The notes: generated from the sequence alone by a model not told the origin. Counted from the stretch's first letter, positions 20,604 through 29,218 are shown. The stretch is 40,812 nt of DNA from Blastocatellia bacterium (GCA_036003885.1 DASYSA010000642.1:1-40812); one strand, 5' to 3'. Numbers and translations: made by a program.

Positions 20604-20846
20604 TCACTTCGCAGCCATCTTATACGCCTTGCGATACAGGGCATAAGCTCCCTTGAAGTCACCGGCGGTCTTAGCGGCATTAGCCTGATTCAGGAATGCC
20701 TGCGCATTGCCTATGTTTTCCCTGCAGCCTGGATGTTGGCTAGCGTCTGCGTCACGATGGTCACGACCAGGTCGAGGTAACCGCCATTCGCATTCGGCGT
20801 CAAATACAGCAAGAGTCAAGCAAGACGAATCGCGTTGAATAGCCAA
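20604..20846 (-). pseudogene. Small ORF, probably frameshifted (or carrying a homopolymer sequencing error)
   Basis: Only the C-terminal half of the track ORF (NIGNAQAFLNQANAAKTAGDFKGAYALYRKAYKMAAK) looks protein-like. A second frame (20711-20812) reads LYLTPNANGGYLDLVVTIVTQTLANIQAAGKT-stop. Adding one A to the A4 run (complement of 20716-20719) would join it in frame to the rest. Confidence 0.3.
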
Positions 20847-20970
20847 TTACCCTTGTTCGCGGCAAACGAATTAAACGATAATCACATCGAAGCCCCACAG
20901 AATATCGTGCCCATCGGACGTTGCACGGTCGTTAGCCCGTGTCGGGGATCTGGGACGCCTGGGAGTTTTC

Positions 20971-23220
20971 ATGTTCAGATCAAGCTTTACTCGAAGACAC
21001 GCAAAGAAGTCGCTCACGCAAAAGAATCTCGCGTTACTCCCGATCGCGCTTATGCTGGTCACTCTGGTGACTCCTCTGACCGCCTCCTGCCAGCGCAACC
21101 GTGGCGACGCGGAACGGAGCGTCTCGGAGCTACGATCGCTCGTAGCTGGGTCAGGCGGCAAACCCACAGCCGCGGATCTGGTTCGGATCGAGAACAAGCA
21201 CGATAAGACCAGAGCCGCATCGCTGGCGAGGTTCCTGCGCGGATATCTGGCCTATTCCGCGCAGAACTATTCTGCGGCCCTCGAGGCGTTTGACCCCTCG
21301 ACGATCACTGCTAATTCCTCGCTTGGCGATTACGCGTTGTTTTATCGAGCTGAAAGCGAAGCCGCAATTAACGCGAGGGGCGACGCCCTCCGCGATTACA
21401 CCTCAGTTGCGACAAAACACGGGGACTCCCTTATGGTGCGGGCCGCCAGATTGCGAGCTGCTGAAATGTCGCTCGCTTCAGGAGATCCCAGTCACGCCAT
21501 CAAAGACCTGGGAAGGATGGTCGAATCCAAGGATGCAGACGCGATTTACATAACCGCCCAGGCTTATGAGGCAAGCGGAAAGACCGAGCAAGCCCTGAAG
21601 CTCTACAGGACCATCTACTATGAGCTGCCTGCAACAGCAGCGTCCCCGCAGGCGGAGACCAGGCTTGCGGCATTGGGAGCATCCCCGAAAGAGAAACCAG
21701 GTTCCGCGGAAGAAGAGCGCTCTCGGGTCGACGCGTTGTTCGACTCACAACAGTACTGGGATGCGGCGCGAGCTTATCAGGATCTCGTGACTGGTTTTCC
21801 GGATCTGGAGCGTAGAGATGAGATCCAACTGAGGCTTGGCGTTAGCCTTCTTAATAGCAAGCAGCCCGCCCAGGCAGTGCTGCCGCTTTCAAGAGTGAGC
21901 AGTCGCAGCCCCGAACTCCAGGCCGAAGCCATGTTTCGTCAGGCCGAAGCTCTGCGCCGCTCGAATCGGACGGCCGAGTCGTCCTCAGTTGTAGATCGTC
22001 TGTTGAGTCAGTATCCCAGGAGCCGATGGGCAACCGAAGCCCTGCATGACCTGGCCACTAATTTGGATAAGCAGGATCACACCAGCGAGGCGGCGGTGCG
22101 TTACAAACAGTTGCTCTCCGCCTATCCCAAGAGCGGATATGCGCCCGAAGCCTCGTATCAAATTGGGTGGCAGGCCTACGAGTCGAAGAGTTACGCGGAT
22201 GCGGCGCGACTCCTGGAACAGCACCTCGCGAGCTACCGATACCCGGAGACCAAGTTTACAGGTGAGGCATGCCTGTGGGCGGGCAAGGCCGAAGAGCGGC
22301 TCGGCAATCGGGCGCGTGCGCTCGCGCTCTACTCGCTGGTGAGCGAGCGTTATCGCTATGGCTATCACGGGTACATCGCCGGAATCCGAGCCAGGCAGTT
22401 GCAAAGCGCGGATCCGAAGCTCAAGGCCGAATTGCCTAAGCCGGATTCGGATCTGGAACGCATTCGCCGCAATGTCCTGCATGTCGAAAAGATTCAAGAG
22501 ACCGCTGACGGCTCCGAGACAGGTCGCGTCTCTCGCGCTAACGACCTCGAGGTCATTGGGCTAACCGACCTTGCGATCAAGGAACTCAACAAAGCCCTCG
22601 AGAGCTCGCCTGAATCACCGAAGCTCAATTTGCTCCTGGCCCAGATCTACTCCGGGCGCGGCGAAACCTTTCAGGCAACTCTCGTGCTCCGCAAGGGCTA
22701 TCCGGACCTCTACTCTTATCAGGATTCCGATCTTCCGCGGGAGGCATGGGAGATATTCTTCCCGCTCTCCGATTGGGAGACTATCAAACGGGAGGCGAAG
22801 CAATACGGCATCGATCCCTACGTCGCAGCCGGGCTGATCCGACAAGAGAGCGTCTTCAATCCCAACGCGGTGTCGCGCGTGGGCGCTCGAGGCCTGATGC
22901 AGGTGATGCCGGCGACCGGCCTATTGATTGCGAAGCGGCAAGGAACCGGCAGCATCACGGCAGCCGACCTCTTTAACCCTTCGCTCAATATAAAGCTGGG
23001 AATGAACTATCTCGCGCAGATGATCGGGCAGCTTGGCCGCATTGAATACGCGGCCGCCGGCTACAATGCCGGGCCGGGTCGCGCAAAGCGATGGGTCGCC
23101 GAACGAGGTTCTCTGGACATTGAAGATTGGATCGAGAGTATCCCCTTCACCGAGACTCGCGGTTACGTGCAGGGCGTTCTGCGATACGCCGCGAACTATA
23201 GGAGACTCTACAAAGAGTAG
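20971..23220 (+). CDS. slt: Soluble lytic murein transglycosylase (Slt70-like; TPR-like superhelical N-domain plus SLT domain)
   Basis: N-terminal signal sequence, a long helical repeat region, and the C-terminal SLT catalytic block AAGLIRQESVFNPNAVSRVGARGLMQVMPATG...AAGYNAGPGR. Confidence 0.85.
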   Translation: MFRSSFTRRHAKKSLTQKNLALLPIALMLVTLVTPLTASCQRNRGDAERSVSELRSLVAGSGGKPTAADLVRIENKHDKTRAASLARFLRGYLAYSAQNYSAALEAFDPSTITANSSLGDYALFYRAESEAAINARGDALRDYTSVATKHGDSLMVRAARLRAAEMSLASGDPSHAIKDLGRMVESKDADAIYITAQAYEASGKTEQALKLYRTIYYELPATAASPQAETRLAALGASPKEKPGSAEEERSRVDALFDSQQYWDAARAYQDLVTGFPDLERRDEIQLRLGVSLLNSKQPAQAVLPLSRVSSRSPELQAEAMFRQAEALRRSNRTAESSSVVDRLLSQYPRSRWATEALHDLATNLDKQDHTSEAAVRYKQLLSAYPKSGYAPEASYQIGWQAYESKSYADAARLLEQHLASYRYPETKFTGEACLWAGKAEERLGNRARALALYSLVSERYRYGYHGYIAGIRARQLQSADPKLKAELPKPDSDLERIRRNVLHVEKIQETADGSETGRVSRANDLEVIGLTDLAIKELNKALESSPESPKLNLLLAQIYSGRGETFQATLVLRKGYPDLYSYQDSDLPREAWEIFFPLSDWETIKREAKQYGIDPYVAAGLIRQESVFNPNAVSRVGARGLMQVMPATGLLIAKRQGTGSITAADLFNPSLNIKLGMNYLAQMIGQLGRIEYAAAGYNAGPGRAKRWVAERGSLDIEDWIESIPFTETRGYVQGVLRYAANYRRLYKE

Positions 23221-23327
23221 CAATGAACTGGATTGCAAAAGACAACACCCTTGGCATAGACAGTGGCATTTTCTGTGCGCCGTCTTCTGTTGACTCAGTA
23301 CCGGTTGGGACGGAGATGAGCAACAGA

Positions 23328-23362
23328 GAACGTAAAACGCGAAACGCGAAACGCGAAACGAT
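23328..23362. repeat. 35-nt A/C-rich heptamer array directly upstream of the ATG (module C-5')
   Basis: GAACGTA AAACGCG AAACGCG AAACGCG AAACGAT, then C and the ATG at 23364. It is complementary to the G/T-rich array that starts at 24252, after the same gene. Confidence 0.85.
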
Positions 23363-23363
23363 C

Positions 23364-24245
23364 ATGTGGCTGTGGCGCGCGACCCTCCTGGCTGCAGCGA
23401 TCGGTTCGCTCCTGGTGTCCCTTTCCGCCGCAACTCCTCCCGTTTCGGAACCTGCGACGTTGAAGGTAACGACGGGTCAGGCCGGCTCCGTAGTCTTCAT
23501 CAATAACGTCCGGCACGGAACCACGAATGAAGAGAGTGCCCTTGAACTGAAGATCAAAGCGGGCTCGTATTCGGTGAGGGTGAGAACAGTCGGCTTCAGC
23601 GATTGGAAGGGATCGGTTGTCCTTACATCGGGCGCCACACGAACTCTAAAAGTTACCCAGCAGCCAACTTCGGATGAAGCGTTGTTGCATTATCAAAAGG
23701 CGGATGATCTCCGAGACAAGTTGAAACACAAGGACGCAGTCAAGGAATACGAGCAAGCGATAACGTTGCGCCCGGTCTTTCCTGAAGCCCGCGTGGCGCT
23801 GACACGAAGCCTCATTCCTCTGCAGCGATTCCAGGAAGCCGAAGCCCAACTCCAACGCGCGATGAAAGACAATCGGGGACCTTTCCCGGAGGCGCACACA
23901 GTACTCGCGAACCTGCGCCGCCAGCAGGGTCTCACGGACGAAGCCATTGCCGAATATAGAAAGGCGCTGCGACTGGCGCGAGGTGTTTCGGCAGAGGCGC
24001 ACATAGGTCTCGCCATCGCGCTCAATGAGACAGACGAAATAGACGCGGCGGTCAGGGAATATCGCATCGGAATCGCTCAGGACATGGAGACAGAGCCGAT
24101 CCTCTACTACCAACTTGGCAGCATTCTCGAGAAAGCGGAGCGCAAGAAGGAAGCGGTTGAGGCCTATCAGAACTATTTGAGACTCGACCCCAAGGGAGAA
24201 TTGGCTTCGGCGGTAGAGTCGATGATAGAGATGCTGAAACGGTAA
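23364..24245 (+). CDS. PEGA domain plus TPR repeat protein (membrane-anchored or secreted)
   Basis: MWLWRATLLAAAIGSLLVSLSAA forms a hydrophobic N-terminus. A PEGA-like segment follows (GSVVFINNVRHGTT...GSYSVRVRTVGFSDWKGSVVL), then several TPR units. An in-frame ATG at 23316 would add MSNRERKTRNAKRETI, which would be translated from the heptamer array, so the start is ambiguous. Confidence 0.75.
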   Translation: MWLWRATLLAAAIGSLLVSLSAATPPVSEPATLKVTTGQAGSVVFINNVRHGTTNEESALELKIKAGSYSVRVRTVGFSDWKGSVVLTSGATRTLKVTQQPTSDEALLHYQKADDLRDKLKHKDAVKEYEQAITLRPVFPEARVALTRSLIPLQRFQEAEAQLQRAMKDNRGPFPEAHTVLANLRRQQGLTDEAIAEYRKALRLARGVSAEAHIGLAIALNETDEIDAAVREYRIGIAQDMETEPILYYQLGSILEKAERKKEAVEAYQNYLRLDPKGELASAVESMIEMLKR

Positions 24246-24251
24246 AAACCA

Positions 24252-24363
24252 GTTTCGAGTTTTGCGTTTCGAGTTTCGCGTTTCTGGTTTCGGGTTCCGC
24301 ATTTCCGCGTTTTCATGGTTCATTTGTCCTTTCTGGTTTTCTTGTCTCTGGTTTTGGTTTAGA
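24252..24363. repeat. Long G/T-rich heptamer array (about 16 units, GTTTCGN decaying to GTTTTCT-like)
   Basis: GTTTCGA GTTTTGC GTTTCGA GTTTCGC GTTTCTG GTTTCGG GTTCCGC ATTTCCG CGTTTTC, continuing to GGTTTTG GTTTAGA. It begins 7 nt after the stop at 24245. GTTTCGCGTTTC (24273-24284) is the exact complement of GAAACGCGAAAC in the 23328-23362 array. GTTTCGGGTT is complementary to the 24378-24412 array. Confidence 0.85.
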
Positions 24364-24377
24364 CTAAGGGACCCTAA

Positions 24378-24412
24378 GAACGCGAAACCCGAAACCCGAA
24401 ACTTAAAACGAT
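24378..24412. repeat. 35-nt A/C-rich heptamer array directly upstream of the ATG (module C-3' arm)
   Basis: GAACGCG AAACCCG AAACCCG AAACTTA AAACGAT, then CCC and the ATG at 24416. It has the same length, the same first unit type and the same last unit as the array at 23328-23362. Confidence 0.85.
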
Positions 24413-24415
24413 CCC

Positions 24416-25588
24416 ATGCCTAAACAGATAATCTCCCAAAAAGCTGAGCAGTTCACTGAATCGGTCATTCGAGAGATGACCCGGCAGGCGAATCTCCACG
24501 GAGCGATCAACCTCTCACAGGGCTTTCCGGATTTCGCGGCCCCCGAGGAGATAAAACTCGCGGCTTGCGACGCCATAATGGCCGACGTGAATCAGTATGC
24601 GATCACCTGGGGTGCCAAGAGGTTCCGCGACGCAATCGCCAGAAAATCTTCGTGGTATCTTGGCCTCGAGGTCGATCCCGAACGCGAGATAACGGTCACT
24701 TGCGGGTCAACCGAAGCAATGATCGCAGCGATGATGGCCATCGTTAACCCCGGCGACGAAGTTATTGTATTCGAGCCCTTCTACGAGAACTATGGCCCTG
24801 ACGCGATTCTGTCGGGAGCCACTCCCCGATATGTGACCCTTCACGCCCCTGAATGGAACTTCGATCCCGATGAGCTGGCCGCTGCCTTCAATGACAACAC
24901 CAAGGCTATCATCATCAATACGCCGAACAATCCCACTGGAAAGGTATTCAACCGCGAAGAGCTGGAGATCATCGCATCTCTGTGCCGGAAGTGGAATGCT
25001 ATTGCGATAACCGACGAGATCTACGAGCACATTCTCTTTAATGGCAAGAAGCACATTGCGCTGGCCGGCCTGGATGGAATGCGCGACCGCACGATCACGA
25101 TCAACGGTCTTTCGAAGACCTACAGCGTTACCGGCTGGCGAGTCGGCTACACCATCGCGCCGCCCGAGATCACCCAGGCAATTCGCAAAGTTCACGACTT
25201 CCTCACGGTAGGCGCAGCAGCTCCGCTGCAAGAGGCCGGCGTTCATGCCCTCAACCTGCCTGAGTCGTACTACGAGAAACTCCAATCGGATTACACGGCC
25301 AGGCGCGATCGGATACTTCAAGTGCTGAAGAGCGTTGGCTTCGTTTGTTTCGACCCGGACGGCGCCTACTACGTAATGACCGACATAAGCGCGTTCGGCT
25401 ACAAAGACGACCTCGAGTTCTCACAGTTTCTCGTCAAAGAGATTGGCGTGGCGGTCGTACCGGGCAGCAGCTTCTACCACGAGCCTCAACTCGGGCGCAG
25501 TCAGGTGCGATTCACCTTCTGCAAGAAGGACGAGACTCTTGCCGCGGCCGAAGAGCGTCTCCAGCGGCTAAAACCGCTCGCCCGCTAA
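24416..25588 (+). CDS. PLP-dependent aminotransferase, class I/II (YbdL / kynurenine-aminotransferase-like)
   Basis: NLSQGFPDF, NTPNNPTGKVF, and SKTYSVTGWRVGY (PLP lysine context). 390 aa. Confidence 0.85.
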   Translation: MPKQIISQKAEQFTESVIREMTRQANLHGAINLSQGFPDFAAPEEIKLAACDAIMADVNQYAITWGAKRFRDAIARKSSWYLGLEVDPEREITVTCGSTEAMIAAMMAIVNPGDEVIVFEPFYENYGPDAILSGATPRYVTLHAPEWNFDPDELAAAFNDNTKAIIINTPNNPTGKVFNREELEIIASLCRKWNAIAITDEIYEHILFNGKKHIALAGLDGMRDRTITINGLSKTYSVTGWRVGYTIAPPEITQAIRKVHDFLTVGAAAPLQEAGVHALNLPESYYEKLQSDYTARRDRILQVLKSVGFVCFDPDGAYYVMTDISAFGYKDDLEFSQFLVKEIGVAVVPGSSFYHEPQLGRSQVRFTFCKKDETLAAAEERLQRLKPLAR

Positions 25589-25700
25589 CCCTGAAAGGCC
25601 TCACTTAGCAGGGTCAAGGCCGCATTGCTTCCGACACTTAAGCCATATCATTCCTGCACATACGCTTCAAAGGACAATCCTGAGTGAATCGCTCAACATA

Positions 25701-25732
25701 AAACTTGACTTTTGGGGTCATGTATATAGAAT
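25701..25732 (+). promoter_or_regulatory. Candidate isc operon promoter with an overlapping IscR type-1-like operator
   Basis: TTGACT (25705-25710), a 16-nt spacer, then TAGAAT (25727-25732). The 25-mer AAACTTGACTTTTGGGGTCATGTAT (25701-25725) matches the E. coli type-1 IscR consensus ATASYYGACTRWWWYAGTCRRSTAT at 19 of 25 positions by my count. It also contains TGAC-N7-GTCA dyad symmetry. Confidence 0.4.
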
Positions 25733-25773
25733 GGGCATGTGCTTCAAGAGGGTTCCGAGAAGTCGGAGGGGCA

Positions 25774-26289
25774 ATGCAGATATCAACCAAAGGCAAGTAT
25801 TCGGTGAGGGCAGTGCTCGATATCGCCCAACACTCGAACGGGTCTCCGGTCCCCCTGGCGGCAATTTCGAAGCGAGAAGGTATCTCGCTTTTGTTCCTTG
25901 AGCAGCTCTTCCAGCAGCTTCGCAAGGGAGACATAGTGAAAAGCGTGAGAGGTCCCCATGGCGGGTACGTTTTGGCCCGGGACCCTTCTGAAATAACCAT
26001 CGGCAACATAGTGCGATTGATAGAGCCTCCGCTTTACACTAACTCCTGTTTCAAGAATGAGTCTGTTGAGAACTGCCGGATAGGTGAAACCTGCATAGGC
26101 GGCGCGATTTGGAAACAACTCGCTGAGCATATTGACGGCTTTTTGGATTCGATCACGGTGGCTGATTTGACGAATAAGCCCAAAGCTGAAGTCGTGTACA
26201 GCCTGAAGCACAGATCGAACCGAATTCTTGTCGACCGTCTTAATAAGATAGAAACGGCTCCTGAGCCTGAAACGGCCGAGGTTGCCTAG
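25774..26289 (+). CDS. iscR: Rrf2-family Fe-S cluster assembly transcriptional regulator IscR
   Basis: MQISTKGKYSVRAVLDIA...ISKREGISLLFLEQLFQQLRKGDIVKSVRGPHGGY forms the winged helix. It is followed by a three-Cys cluster (CFKNESVENCRIGETC). GGAGGG lies upstream of the ATG at 25774. It is the first gene of the isc operon. Confidence 0.85.
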   Translation: MQISTKGKYSVRAVLDIAQHSNGSPVPLAAISKREGISLLFLEQLFQQLRKGDIVKSVRGPHGGYVLARDPSEITIGNIVRLIEPPLYTNSCFKNESVENCRIGETCIGGAIWKQLAEHIDGFLDSITVADLTNKPKAEVVYSLKHRSNRILVDRLNKIETAPEPETAEVA

Positions 26290-26352
26290 ACGCACGTTGA
26301 ACGCGTCGAACCCGGCGAGAAGCCGGGACCTGATTCAAAGGAGAGATCGATA

Positions 26353-27573
26353 ATGTCGCTTAAGCTCCCAATCTACATGGACAATCACGCCACGACGCCG
26401 TGCGACCCGCGTGTGTTCGAGACGATGGCTCCCTACTTCACCGAAGTGTTCGGGAATTCCGCAAGCCGCAATCACGAATTCGGCTGGCGAGCGGAAGAAG
26501 CCGTCGAGACTTCGCGCAAGCAGATAGGCGATCTGATTGGCGCCAGCGCAAAGGAGATCGTCTTCACCAGTGGAGCTACCGAGTCGGATAACCTCGCGTT
26601 GAAGGGCGTCGCCGAAATGTACTACGAGCGCGGTGACCACATCATCACCGTTGTAACCGAGCACAAGGCGATACTCGACACCTGTAAAAAACTCGAGAAG
26701 CGCGGATTCAAAGTCACATATCTGCCGGTCGGCAGCGATGGCCTCATCACGCCCGACGACGTGAAGAACACGATCACCGATAAGACGATCCTCGTCTCGG
26801 TGATGATGGCAAACAATGAGATCGGAGTCATCCAGCCGATTGCTGAAATCGGAGCAGTATGTAAAGAGCGAGGCGTGCTGTTTCACACAGATGCGACCCA
26901 GGCGATAGGCAAGATACCGTTCGACGTGAATGAACTCAAGGTCGATCTGGCCTCTTTCAGCGGCCACAAAATCTACGGTCCGAAGGGCGTGGGCGGCTTG
27001 TATGTTCGACGCAAGGGCCCGCGAGTCATGCTCGTTCCAATGCTGGATGGCGGCGGGCACGAACGAGGCATGCGCAGCGGCACCTTGAACGTAACCGGCA
27101 TTGTCGGACTCGGCAAGGCCTGTGAGATTGCAAAGGCAGAGATGCCGGAAGAGAACGTCCGCACGCTCCAACTGCGTGAGAAGCTGCGTAAAGGGCTCAT
27201 GGACGAACTGCCGGATGTCTATATTAACGGCCATCCGGAACAGCGACTCGCGGGAAATCTCAACGTATCCTTTGCGTATGTCGAAGGAGAATCGCTGTTG
27301 ATGGGGATAAGCGACATCGCCGTGTCGTCGGGTTCAGCATGCACCTCGGCCAGCCTCGAGCCCAGTTATGTGCTCAAGGCGCTCGGCGTCGGAGAAGAGC
27401 TCGCTCACAGTTCGATTCGATTCGGCCTCGGCCGCTTCAATACCGACGAAGAGGTGGATTACACGATCGGCCGGGTCAACGAAGCAGTGAACCGATTACG
27501 CGAGCTTTCGCCGTTGTGGGAGATGGTTCAGGAAGGTGTCGACTTGAGCAAGGTGCAGTGGGCCGGTGAATAG
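26353..27573 (+). CDS. iscS: Cysteine desulfurase IscS
   Basis: [30 protein letters not shown] (PLP lysine), the active-site loop SSGSACTS, and a C-terminal WEMV...VQW tail typical of type I IscS. Confidence 0.95.
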   Translation: MSLKLPIYMDNHATTPCDPRVFETMAPYFTEVFGNSASRNHEFGWRAEEAVETSRKQIGDLIGASAKEIVFTSGATESDNLALKGVAEMYYERGDHIITVVTEHKAILDTCKKLEKRGFKVTYLPVGSDGLITPDDVKNTITDKTILVSVMMANNEIGVIQPIAEIGAVCKERGVLFHTDATQAIGKIPFDVNELKVDLASFSGHKIYGPKGVGGLYVRRKGPRVMLVPMLDGGGHERGMRSGTLNVTGIVGLGKACEIAKAEMPEENVRTLQLREKLRKGLMDELPDVYINGHPEQRLAGNLNVSFAYVEGESLLMGISDIAVSSGSACTSASLEPSYVLKALGVGEELAHSSIRFGLGRFNTDEEVDYTIGRVNEAVNRLRELSPLWEMVQEGVDLSKVQWAGE

Positions 27574-27624
27574 TCCGAGGTTGTGCACGAGGAATTAGAT
27601 CAGAGAGATCGACAGGAGAGAGAA

Positions 27625-28047
27625 ATGGCATATTCAGACAAAGTAGTTGATCACTACACTAACCCGCGTAACGTTGGGAGCCTCGATAAGAAGGACCCGA
27701 ATGTCGGGACAGGTCTTGTCGGCGCGCCGGAATGCGGAGATGTGATGAAGCTCCAGGTCAAGATAAACCCGGAGACGAACATAATCGAGGACGCGAAGTT
27801 CAAGACTTTCGGGTGTGGCTCGGCTATCGCAAGCTCGAGCCTTGCAACTGAGTGGTTGAAGGGGCGGTCCGTCGACGAGGCCCTTGCCATCAAGAACACC
27901 GAGATCGTCAAGGAACTGAATCTTCCTCCGGTCAAGATTCACTGTTCGGTGCTCGCCGAGGATGCGATCAAGGCGGCCGTACGTGATTATCAACACAAGC
28001 AGGCTGAACCCGAGCAAAAGAGCGAAGAGGCTGCTGTGACTGTGTAA
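27625..28047 (+). CDS. iscU: Fe-S cluster assembly scaffold IscU
   Basis: MAYSDKVVDHYTNPRNVGSL, GAPECGDVMKLQ, FKTFGCGSAIASSS, LPPVKIHCSVLAEDAIKAA. All three Cys, the Asp and the LPPVK motif are present. Confidence 0.95.
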   Translation: MAYSDKVVDHYTNPRNVGSLDKKDPNVGTGLVGAPECGDVMKLQVKINPETNIIEDAKFKTFGCGSAIASSSLATEWLKGRSVDEALAIKNTEIVKELNLPPVKIHCSVLAEDAIKAAVRDYQHKQAEPEQKSEEAAVTV

Positions 28048-28059
28048 GAGGCGTTTGCA

Positions 28060-28389
28060 ATGGCAATTGAGTTGACTCCGGTAGCTATCGATAAGGTGCG
28101 CGAGATCATGCGCGAACAGGGCATCGCCGAAGGCGGACTCCGAGTCGGTGTGAAGGGCGGCGGCTGTTCAGGACTGGGCTATACGCTCGCCATCGACACG
28201 GAAGCGCATGCCGGCGACAAGGTATTTGAGTTCGGCGACATTAAGGTGTTCGTGGATGCAAAGAGCTTCATCTTCCTTAACGGTACGACGCTCGACTACA
28301 AGAACGAGGGGTTGATGCAGCGGGGATTCATGTTCGTCAATCCGAACGCGGCCGGGGATTGCGGCTGCGGAGAATCGTTCGCGGTCTAG
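28060..28389 (+). CDS. iscA: Fe-S cluster insertion protein (IscA/HesB A-type carrier)
   Basis: GLRVGVKGGGCSGLGY and the C-terminal CGCGESF. Confidence 0.9.
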   Translation: MAIELTPVAIDKVREIMREQGIAEGGLRVGVKGGGCSGLGYTLAIDTEAHAGDKVFEFGDIKVFVDAKSFIFLNGTTLDYKNEGLMQRGFMFVNPNAAGDCGCGESFAV

Positions 28390-28479
28390 AGATGATCGAC
28401 GACAACCGTCGATGGAGCTTGCAGAATGTAGAGGCGCGAAGCGAAGCAGCCGCGCCGCACCATTTCGAGAAATGAAGTG

Positions 28480-28517
28480 ATGGTTGGGTGCCGCGGCGAC
28501 TCAACCATTCTTTTTTT
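28480..28517 (+). terminator. Intrinsic terminator or attenuator inside the isc operon (between iscA and hscB)
   Basis: Stem ATGGTTG (28480-28486) / CAACCAT (28502-28508) with a GC-rich 15-nt loop, followed by TCTTTTTTT (28509-28517). Two further hairpins precede it: ATCGACG/CGTCGAT at 28395-28413 and GGCGCG/CGCGCC at 28433-28456. Confidence 0.6.
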
Positions 28518-28546
28518 GCTTCTCAGGTTGAGACGGGATTCAGGCG

Positions 28547-29215
28547 ATGGCTGAAGCACGGAAGATTTCTCAGGATGTTTGCTCGCACTGCGGCGTTTCG
28601 GCTCCGGATCATTTCTGCGCCGCTTGCGGACATATCCAGCCCGTTGGCCGGGACACCGACTACTTCGCCTTCTTCGGACTTCCGCGGAAGCTTCGCTTGA
28701 ACGAAGGCGAACTCGAGAAGTCCTTTTACGCGCTGAGCCGGCAGTTCCACCCGGACTTCTTCATGAACGCGAGCCCGGAGGAGCGGCAGGCAAGCATAGA
28801 ACGCTCTTCCCTGCTCAACGATGCATACAGAACCCTGCGGGACCCAATTTCTCGAACGCTTTATCTGCTCTCTTTGGAGGGCTACAAAGAAGCCGAAAAG
28901 AAAGCGCCTCCCGACCTGCTCGAAGAAGTCTTCGAACTGAATATGCAGATCGAGGAGATCAAGGCCGCAAAGAAGACGGGCGACGACGATGAAGTCGCCG
29001 AGGCGCGCCGGTCGCTCGATGAAGCTCTCGGAAACCTGCGGAAGAAGATGGCCGAAATTGACGGCAGACTGGGAGCGATGTTCGACGAGTGGGACACCGC
29101 ACTCGATAAAGGAACAGGAGATGAGCGCAAGGCTGTGCTCGATCGCATGAGCGAATTGCTGTCGCACAGATCGTACATTCGCAATCTGGTTCGGGACATC
29201 AAGGAGGAGATCTGA
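28547..29215 (+). CDS. hscB: Fe-S assembly co-chaperone HscB (J-type) with an N-terminal CxxC-X8-CxxC knuckle
   Basis: J-domain DYFAFFGLPRKLRLNEGELEKSFYALSRQFHPD, followed by the helical C-domain. It lies between iscA and hscA. The N-terminus is CSHCGVSAPDHFCAACG. Confidence 0.85.
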   Translation: MAEARKISQDVCSHCGVSAPDHFCAACGHIQPVGRDTDYFAFFGLPRKLRLNEGELEKSFYALSRQFHPDFFMNASPEERQASIERSSLLNDAYRTLRDPISRTLYLLSLEGYKEAEKKAPPDLLEEVFELNMQIEEIKAAKKTGDDDEVAEARRSLDEALGNLRKKMAEIDGRLGAMFDEWDTALDKGTGDERKAVLDRMSELLSHRSYIRNLVRDIKEEI

Positions 29216-29218
29216 CCG

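Noticed and set aside
23646-24323. 225-aa minus-strand ORF
   Set aside because: It is antisense to the PEGA-TPR gene, and its N-terminus is simply a translation of the heptamer array (RNPKPETRNSKRKTRN).
26335-27234. 299-aa minus-strand ORF
   Set aside because: It is antisense to iscS and has no recognisable family.
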